From positions 59,458,001-59,522,000 of the forward strand of contig NC_043009.1 in the NCBI RefSeq assembly GCF_006345805.1: a DNA stretch of 64,000 nucleotides, written 5' to 3'. Each line of letters begins with the position of its first letter. Position 1 is the first letter of the stretch. A program made the translations under genes and the position numbers. Below the pieces are notes generated by a model. That model was not told where the DNA came from. It saw nothing but the letters and a program-made list of their open reading frames with translations, and did no database searches. Positions 41,104 through 50,964 of this stretch are shown piece after piece. The stretch comes from Octopus sinensis (taxonomy: Eukaryota).

Positions 41104-41166
41104 ATATGCTGCCACTTTTTGATGAAATTTTTTCTGAAAAGATTTCATCAAAAAGTGGCAGCATAT
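41104..41166. repeat. Perfect 25-bp inverted repeat (fold-back hairpin)
   Basis: atatgctgccactttttgatgaaat / atttcatcaaaaagtggcagcatat, with further pairing in the 13-nt spacer. Confidence 0.9.
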
Positions 41167-41230
41167 AAATATATATATACATATATATACATGATACATA
41201 TATATATATATATTATATATATATATATAT

Positions 41231-43612
41231 AGCAATTAAGGACAACTACTTAATAAGGAAAACTTAACAAGAAATTGTCAGTAGATAGCGTAAAAACCTC
41301 ATAAGAGAAAAAATTTCGAAAATAATTATTTCTTATTGAACATATTATTTATATATAGAGGGCATTATACATACATGCCAGGAGGCATTCTACATACACG
41401 CCATACGCTAAGAGGGACAATCAGTCATTTCTAACAAAAATATTACTAATCCCACCGAATGCAATTTTTCAAAGAAAGACATTTAAAAATATATAGACCT
41501 GTATCACAGTGATTTCATACTTACGTAATCATCAGCAGGCCTGAATATACTATAAATAAACAACGACCCTGCTTCGCTTAAGCCGATCAGCTAACTGATC
41601 AACATCAACGAAGCACATGGGTGGGTTTATATATACTATATCCGGATGAATGGCAAACTTTTACGAATTGCATTTCGGGAGAGGAAAAGTTTTTTCGGAA
41701 TAAAAATTTAGCAATTAAGGACAACTACTTAATAAGGAAAACTTAACAAGAAATTGTCAGGTAGATAGCGTAAAAACCTCATAAGAGAAAAAATTTCGAA
41801 AATAATTATTTCTTATTGAACATATTAATTTATATATAGAGGGCATTATACATACATGCCAGGAGGCATTCTACATACACGCCATACGCTAAGAGGGACA
41901 ATCAGTCATTTCTACCAAAAATATTACTAATCCCACCGAATGCAATTTTTCAAAAAAGACATTTAAAAATATATAGACCTGTATCACAGTGATTTCATAC
42001 TTACGTAATCATCAGCAGGCCTGAATATACTATAAATAAACAACGACCCTGCTTCGCTTAAGCCGATCAGCTAACTGATCAACATCAACGAAGCACATGG
42101 GTGGGTTTATATATACTATATCCGGATGAATGGCAAACTTTTACGAATTGCATTTCGGGAGAGGAAAAGTTTTTTCGGAATAAAAATTTAGCAACTAAGG
42201 ACAACTACTTAATAAGGAAAACTTAACAAGAAATTGTCAGGTAGATAGCGTAAAAACCTCATAAGAGAAAAAATTTCGAAAATAATTATTTCTTATTGAA
42301 CATATTAATTTATATATAGAGGGCATTATACATACATGCCAGGAGGCATTCTACATACACGCCATACGCTAAGAGGGACAATCAGTCATTTCTACCAAAA
42401 ATATTACTAATCCCACCGAATGCAATTTTTCAAAGAAGACATTTAAAAATATATAGACCTGTATCACAGTGATTTCATACTTACGTATCATCAGCAGGCC
42501 TGAATATACTATAAATAACAACGACCCTGCTTCGCTTAAGCCGATCAGCTAACTGATCAACATCAACGAAGCACATGGGTGGGTTTATATATACTATATC
42601 CGGATGAATGGCAAACTTTTACGAATTGCATTTCGGGAGAGGAAAAGTTTTTTCGGAATAAAAATTTAGCAATTAAGGACAACTACTTAATAAGGAAAAC
42701 TTAACAAGAAATTGTCAGGTAGATAGCGTAAAAACCTCATAAGAGAAAAAATTTCGAAAATAATTATTTCTTATTGAACATATTATTTATATATAGAGGG
42801 CATTATACATACATGCCAGGAGGCATTCTACATACACGCCATACGCTAAGAGGGACAATCAGTCATTTCTACCAAAAATATTACTAATCCCACCGAATGC
42901 AATTTTTCAAAGAAAGACATTTAAAAATATATAGACCTGTATCACAGTGATTTCATACTTACGTAATCATCAGCAGGCCTGAATATACTATAAATAAACA
43001 ACGACCCTGCTTCGCTTAAGCCGATCAGCTAACTGATCAACATCAACGAAGCACATGGGTGGTTTATATATACTATATCCGGATGAATGGCAAACTTTTA
43101 CGAATTGCATTTCGGGAGAGGAAAAGTTTTTTCGGAATAAAAATTTAGCAATTAAGGACAACTACTTAATAAGGAAAACTTAACAAGAAATTGTCAGGTA
43201 GATAGCGTAAAAACCTCATAAGAGAAAAAATTTCGAAAATAATTATTTCTTATTGAACATATTAATTTATATATAGAGGGCATTTACATACATGCCAGGA
43301 GGCATTCTACTACACCCATACGCTAAGAGGACAATCAGTCATTTCTACCAAAAATATTACTAATCCCACCGAATGCAATTTTTCAAAGAAAGACATTTAA
43401 AAATATATAGACCTGTATCACAGTGATTTCATACTTACGTAATCATCAGCAGGCCTGAATATACTATAAATAAACAACGACCCTGCTTCGCTTAAGCCGA
43501 TCAGCTAACTGATCAACATCAACGAAGCACTTTTGGTAGAAATGACTGATTGTCCCTCTTAGCGTATGGCGTGTATGTAGAATGCCTCCTGGCATGTATG
43601 TATAATGCCCTC

Positions 43613-43620
<8 letters not shown>
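41231..43620 (-). mobile_element. Hammerhead-containing ~480-bp tandem array 1 (retrozyme or non-autonomous Penelope-like), 4.8 units plus inverted tail
   Basis: Units start at 41231, 41710, 42190, 42668 and 43147, with one hammerhead per unit. An inverted copy of unit sequence lies at 43531-43620. Flanked by (TA)n; no ORF. Confidence 0.8.
41497..41540 (-). ncRNA. Type I hammerhead ribozyme motif (first of 10; others start at ~41977, 42457, 42935, 43411, 44027, 44509, 44986, 45462, 45940)
   Basis: Minus strand aggcctg-CTGATGA-ttac(gtaa)gtat-GAA-atcac(t)gtgat-A-caggtct: 7-bp stem I, stem II with GUAA tetraloop, palindromic stem III and AUA site. Confidence 0.8.
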
Positions 43621-43667
<47 letters not shown>

Positions 43668-43726
43668 ATGTATATGTATCATGTATATATATATATATAA
43701 TATATATACATATATATACATGATAC

Positions 43727-43759
<33 letters not shown>

Positions 43760-43760
<1 letters not shown>

Positions 43761-46106
43761 GCAATTAAGGACAACTACTTAATAAGGAAAACTTAACAAG
43801 AAATTGTCAGTAGATAGCGTAAAAACCTCATAAGAGAAAAAATTTCGAAAATAATTATTTCTTATTGAACATATTAATTTATATATAGAGGGCATTATAC
43901 ATACATGCCAGGAGGCATTCTACATACACGCCATACGCTAAGAGGGACAATCAGTCATTTCTACCAAAAATATTACTAATCCCACCGAATGCAATTTTTC
44001 AAAGAAAGACATTTAAAAATATATAGACCTGTATCACAGTGATTTCATACTTACGTAATCATCAGCAGGCCTGAATATACTATAAATAAACAACGACCCT
44101 GCTTCGCTTAAGCCGATCAGCTAACTGATCAACATCAACGAAGCACATGGGTGGGTTTATATATACTATAATCCGGATGAATGGCAAACTTTTACGAATT
44201 GCATTTCGGGAGAGGAAAAGTTTTTTCGGAATAAAAATTTAGCAATTAAGGACAACTACTTAATAAGGAAAACTTAACAAGAAATTGTCAGGTAGATAGC
44301 GTAAAAACCTCATAAGAGAAAAAATTTCGAAAATAATTATTTCTTATTGAACATATTAATTTATATATAGAGGGCATTATACATACATGCCAGGAGGCAT
44401 TCTACATACACGCCATACGCTAAGAGGGACAATCAGTCATTTCTACCAAAAATATTACTAATCCCACCGAATGCAATTTTTCAAAGAAAGACATTTAAAA
44501 ATATATAGACCTGTATCACAGTGATTTCATACTTACGTAATCATCAGCAGGCCTGAATATACTATAATAAACAACGACCCTGCTTCGCTTAAGCCGATCA
44601 GCTAACTGATCAACATCAACGAAGCACATGGGTGGGTTTATATATACTATATCCGGATGAATGGCAAACTTTTACGAATTGCATTTCGGGAGAGGAAAAG
44701 TTTTTTCGGAATAAAAATTTAGCAACTAAGGACAACTACTTAATAAGGAAAACTTAACAAGAAATTGTCAGGTAGATAGCGTAAAAACCTCATAAGAGAA
44801 AAAATTTCGAAAATAATTATTTCTTATGAACATATTATTTATATATAGAGGGCATTATACATACATGCCAGAGGCATTCTACATACACGCCATACGCTAA
44901 GAGGGACAATCAGTCATTTCTACCAAAAATATTACTAATCCCACCGAATGCAATTTTTCAAAGAAAGACATTTAAAAATATATAGACCTGTATCACAGTG
45001 ATTTCATACTTACGTAATCATCAGCAGCCTGAATATACTATAAATAAACAACGACCCTGCTTCGCTAAGCCGATCAGCTAACTGATCAACATCAACGAAG
45101 CACATGGGTGGTTTATATATACTATATCCGGATGAATGGCAAACTTTTACGAATTGCATTTCGGGAGAGGAAAAGTTTTTTCGGAATAAAAATTTAGCAA
45201 TTAAGGACACTACTTAATAAGGAAAACTTAACAAGAAATTGGTCAGGTAGATAGCGTAAAAACCTCATAAGAAAAAAATTTCGAAAATAATTATTTCTTA
45301 TTGAACATATTATTTATATATAGAGGGCATTATACATACATGCCAGGAGGCATTCTACATACACGCCATACGCTAAGAGGGACAATCAGTCATTTCTACC
45401 AAAAATATTACTAATCCCACCGAATGCAATTTTTCAAAGAAAGACATTTAAAAATATATAGACCTGTATCACAGTGATTTCATACTTACGTAATCATCAG
45501 CAGGCCTGAATATACTATAAATAACAACGACCCTGCTTCGCTTAGCCGATCAGCTAACTGATCAACATCAACGAAGCACATGGGTGGGTTTATATATACT
45601 ATATCCGGATGAATGGCAAACTTTTACGAATTGCATTTCGGGAGAGGAAAAGTTTTTTCGGAATAAAAATTTAGCAATTAAGGACAACTACTTAATAAGG
45701 AAAACTTAACAAGAAATTGTCAGGTAGATAGCGTAAAAACCTCATAAGAGAAAAAATTTCGAAAATAATTATTTCTTATTGAACATATTAATTTATATAT
45801 AGAGGGCATTTACATACATGCCAGGAGGCATTCTACATACACGCCATACGCTAAGAGGGACAATCAGTCATTTCTACCAAAAATATTACTAATCCCACCG
45901 AATGCAATTTTTCAAAGAAAGACATTTAAAAATATATAGACCTGTATCACAGTGATTTCATACTTACGTAATCATCAGCAGGCCTGAATATACTATAAAT
46001 AAACAACGACCCTGCTTCGCTTAAGCCGATCAGCTAACTGATCAACATCAACGAAGCGTATGGCGTGTATGTAGAATGCCTCCTGGCATGTATGTATAAT
46101 GCCCTC

Positions 46107-46115
<9 letters not shown>
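43760..46115 (-). mobile_element. Hammerhead-containing ~480-bp tandem array 2 (duplicate of array 1)
   Basis: Units start at 43760, 44241, 44721, 45196 and 45673; inverted tail at 46058-46115. Confidence 0.8.
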
Positions 46116-46159
<44 letters not shown>

Positions 46160-46779
46160 ATGTATATGTATCATGTATATATATATATTATATATATATA
46201 TATATACAAATATATATACATATATATACATGATACATATATATACAAAACCACAGAATTTTATGATATAGCCCGTACCCTTTCATATATTGAAGTTATT
46301 AAAGCCCATCTGGCCACATATATATTTCAGGATGCTTTGATACTTACTACGATGATGGTGATGATGATGAGCTCAATGGGCTCAATGACCGTCCAGCAAT
46401 TAAGAGTGAAAGCCCCGTAATCTTTGTATAGACATCTCACCAGACGGAAATTCAGAAGGAATACTACCAGCACCGCCACCACCGCCATCCCGCCTCGTTG
46501 CTAAGGTAGAGAATTGTTCGTATTTGTTTCTGGACTAATTTATTTTTAGTCGAGAAGCCTCAGCTGCGAAGTACAAGTTGTTATTGACTTTATACTTCGA
46601 TGTGGGCTTTGCTGACAGCCATTGTCTTTAACATCTAGCGTAAGATAAGATACTTTGTCAGTGATGATCCTACTTTTTTATAAGTTGGCAGCCATTTTGT
46701 ATGTGCGTATGTACATATGTTCGCATTTGTTTATACATATTTGTGTATGTGTTTGCATGTATATGTATGTATATGGCTG

Positions 46780-47095
46780 TAGGTATGGATATGTGTATAT
46801 ATGTTTGTATATATATATATATGTATACGTATGCATATATGTATGCATGTATGGATATGTGTATATATGTATGTATATATATGTATGTATACGTATGTAT
46901 ATATGTATGCATGTGTGGATATGTGTATATATGTACGTATATATATGTATGTATACGTATGCATATATGTATGCATGTATGGATATGTGTATATATGTAT
47001 GTATAAATATGTATGTATAGATATGCATATATGTATGCATGTATGGATATGTGTATATATGTATGTATAAATATGCATGTATAAGTATGCATATA
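46780..47095. repeat. 64-bp minisatellite built from TATG/TA microsatellite
   Basis: ggatatgtg recurs at 46853, 46917, 46981 and 47045. Confidence 0.75.
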
Positions 47096-47903
47096 TGTAT
47101 ACATATATGTTTATACAAATGTTTATACACAAATACACATACCCGTGCGACGTTTGATTGTAATAATGTACAACCGGACAAAAGTATAACTTATAAACAA
47201 TATGTAAATAAATAACATTAAAAATACCAGAAATAATTTATATAAAAAAATAACATATAAATAATGTATAAATAAATAATGTTGACGTATTTTATACTTC
47301 TTAAAGCTAATTAGAATTGCAGGAATTCGTTAAAATTCCATGCCCAGCAAGCCTTCTTCCAATAGCATTTCAATGAAGAAAGCTCATTTTAAACTTCCTT
47401 AATGACCTTTCCCGTTACATGTGATCGTGTGTCGCATACTTCCGATAAATCAGCATGACATTATCACACACGTTGATAAAAATTCAAACTGATGGGATTT
47501 GTTCTCGTGGTATCATTTCGATGCAATTTCCGTTTATGTTTTGCAATGTAGAGAAATCTTTAATCAAGTTATTAAGATATATTATTTTTTTTCTTTCGCA
47601 GCATTTGTTCTGTTTTGTTCTCTGTATATATGATGAGGTGTAATGTGTACACACATGCGCATTCACGCATACATAATTTTGTATGAGTGTGTGTATGTAT
47701 GTATATGTGTATGTATGTATGTGTGTGTGTATATGTACGAAAATAAACATGATTAAAAGTGAGATCTTTCTCCAACGCTGTTCACGCAATTCGTTTCTGC
47801 CTTCTGTTACAACTAAGGCTTTATTCTTAAAATATTAGTCGAGGTCAGAATTATGTAACACAAATTTCCGAATTGCGATAGAGTTAATGGCCAGTTATTT
47901 ATT

Positions 47904-47971
<68 letters not shown>

Positions 47972-48012
47972 TATTATTATTATCATTATTATTATTATTA
48001 TTATTATTATTA

Positions 48013-48960
48013 CTTTTTTTTTCTTCTTTCAAATTTGCTTCCATTTCTTGCCGAGTGTCTTCCCGACTCCTAGGTCAAAGAAACTCATAGTATACATTGG
48101 TAGGCCATTAAACCAAACTCAGTAGTTCGTTTATTTTTTTTTTTTTTAAGTTAAATTAAAATACATGAGCAGCAACAGTTCTCACATCGACAATGCTCTT
48201 CTCAATACGTGTGATGTACCAGTAAAGACAATCTTTTGCACTTCTTGCAGGGATGGTAAGCCAGGGATCATTCTCATATAATTTTCGGTTCCCTTCTTGA
48301 TCATTCCTAGTGCTCCTACGATCACTGGTATTGTAACCGCCTTGAGATGCCACATTTTCTCAATTTCAATGAGTAGGTCTTTATATTTTCTGAGCTTGTC
48401 AAACTCTTTCGCTGAGATATTATGATCACAGGGGATGCTCATGTCGATCAATAAGCAAACTTTATTGTTTTGGTCTTTCACAACAATATCTGGTTTATTG
48501 GCATTGATGGTTCGGTCTGTATGTACTGGAAAGTCCCACAGAATGGTTACATTTTCTCCTTCAGTTACAGCCTCAGGGTGGTGATTATACCACTTGTCGG
48601 CAGTTTTGATATTGTAATGCCGACTTATTAGCCAGTGTAGATATTGGCCAACTCTGTCATGTCTTAATTTATACTCCACTGGTGCTAAGACTTTACATCC
48701 AGAGATTAGGTGGTCCACTGTTTCAATCATGTCGTTGCAGAATCGGCATTTTGGGTCTGCTCCATTTTTCATCACATTGGCCTGGTAGTTCCGGGTTAAT
48801 AGGCTTTGATCTTGAGCAGCCAGGATGAAACCTTCGCTCTCTGCTTTTAGCCCTGAGCTCCGTAGCCACTGATGGGTTTGCTTCTGGTCAACATCAGCTT
48901 GTTTGCTGCGGGTCACATATTTGCCGTGCAGAGGTTTCTCCTCCCACCTATCAGCCAATT
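48013..48960 (-). mobile_element. R4/Dong-clade LINE 3' end, family 1 copy 1; open 258-aa frame (CCHC knuckle plus restriction-like endonuclease)
   Basis: CRFCNDMIETVDHLISGC, RHD, NKPDIVV..LLID..K..KY; inserted in (TAA)n. Confidence 0.92.
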
Positions 48961-48994
48961 TTATTATTAATATTATTATATTATTATTATTATA

Positions 48995-49939
48995 CTTTTT
49001 TTTTCTTCTTCAAATTTGCTTCCATTTCTTGCCGAGTGTCTTCCCGACTCCTAGGTCAAAGAAACTCATAGTATACATTGGTAGGCCATTAAACCAAACT
49101 CAGTAGTTCGTTATTTTTTTTTTTTTAAGTTAAATTAAAATACATGAGCAGCAACAGTTCTCACATCGACAATGCTCTTCTCAATACGTGTGATGTACCA
49201 GTAAAGACAATCTTTTGCACTTCTTGCAGGGATGGTAAGCCAGGGATCATTCTCATATAATTTTCGGTTCCCTTCTTGATCATTCCTAGTGCTCCTACGA
49301 TCACTGGTATTGTAACCGCCTTGAGATGCCACATTTTCTCAATTTCAATGAGTAGGTCTTTATATTTTCTGAGCTTGTCAAACTCTTTCGCTGAGATATT
49401 ATGATCACAGGGGATGCTCATGTCGATCAATAAGCAAACTTTATTGTTTTGGTCTTTCACAACAATATCTGGTTTATTGGCATTGATGGTTCGGTCTGTA
49501 TGTACTGGAAAGTCCCACAGAATGGTTACATTTTCTCCTTCAGTTACAGCCTCAGGGTGGTGATTATACCACTTGTCGGCAGTTTTGATATTGTAATGCC
49601 GACTTATTAGCCAGTGTAGATATTGGCCAACTCTGTCATGTCTTAATTTATACTCCACTGGTGCTAAGACTTTACATCCAGAGATTAGGTGGTCCACTGT
49701 TTCAATCATGTCGTTGCAGAATCGGCATTTTGGGTCTGCTCCATTTTTCATCACATTGGCCTGGTAGTTCCGGGTTAATAGGCTTTGATCTTGAGCAGCC
49801 AGGATGAAACCTTCGCTCTCTGCTTTTAGCCCTGAGCTCCGTAGCCACTGATGGGTTTGCTTCTGGTCAACATCAGCTTGTTTGCTGCGGGTCACATATT
49901 TGCCGTGCAGAGGTTTCTCCTCCCACCTATCAGCCAATT
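48995..49939 (-). mobile_element. R4/Dong-clade LINE 3' end, family 1 copy 2 (tandem duplicate)
   Basis: Identical protein to copy 1 at an offset of 979 bp. Confidence 0.92.
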
Positions 49940-49971
49940 TTATTATTAATATTATTATTATTATTATTATT

Positions 49972-50964
49972 CAGTAGTTTTATTTTTATAGCGTGCTTTC
50001 ACTTCACTACCGAACGCAGCTCTGTGTGCCTTGGGTATGTGCTGTGATTTGTTGTGACGCTCTGATGGTTATTGTATGGAAAGTGTTCTGCGTAGGATGT
50101 GTGCAGTGCCTAGTAGTGCAATTTTCTGTATGTTATATGTGTTTGTAAGTCCTGGTGTTTTTGTTATGTATTTGTCTGAATATTTTTTTATCATGCCTAA
50201 TGCACCTACTATGATAGGAATTGTTTGTTTTCAGATTCCACATTCTAGTTACCTCTATTTCCAGGTCTTTGTATTTTGAGAGTTTCTCCATTTCTTTTAG
50301 AGACACGTTGTCATCAGCCGGTATTGATACATCAATTAGAAAGCATTTTTTTTCTTCATGGTCTCTGACAACTATATCTGGTCTGTTGGCCTTAATTTCT
50401 CTATCTGTGTGTATCGGCATATCCCAGAGTATGGTTGCTTTCTCGTTTTCTGTGACCTTTTCTGGTGTGTGCCTATACCATCTTTTTTCTGTTGTTATTC
50501 CATAATGTTGGCATAGCTTCCAATGTATGTAGGTTCCAACTCTGTCATGTCTGTGAATATATTCCTTCTTAGCCAGGACTGGGCAGCTAGAGATAATATG
50601 ATTTATTGTTTCTTGTCCATCTCCACATATTCTGCAGTTACTTGTAATATTTCTTTTCATTACATGTTTTTGGTAATTTCTGGTGGGGAGGCTTTGGTCT
50701 TGTGCTGCAATTAAAAATCCCTCTGTTTCTGCTTTGAGTCCTGAGCTTCTCAACCATTGCTGGGATTTTTCATTGTCTATTTCTTTTGCGTTTAGTTTAG
50801 TCCAGTATTTCCCATGAAGGGGCTTTTCTTGCCATCGTTTTATCATGGTTCGTTGCTGTTCTATTTTTACTTTGGATTTCATTTGTTTTATAGCTTTTGT
50901 TGTTTCTTCATCTTCTTCTTCTTATGTTTATTAGGTGGTATGATTTCTTGTTTGTATTTGTCAG
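49972..50964 (-). mobile_element. R4/Dong-clade LINE 3' end, family 2 copy 1
   Basis: CRICGDGQETINHIISSC, RHD, NRPDIVV..FLID; 3' end abuts (TAA)n. Confidence 0.92.

Noticed and set aside
48182-48958. Host gene call for the 258-aa ORF
   Set aside because: It starts at the truncation point with a non-ATG codon and is the C-terminus of an RLE retrotransposon ORF.
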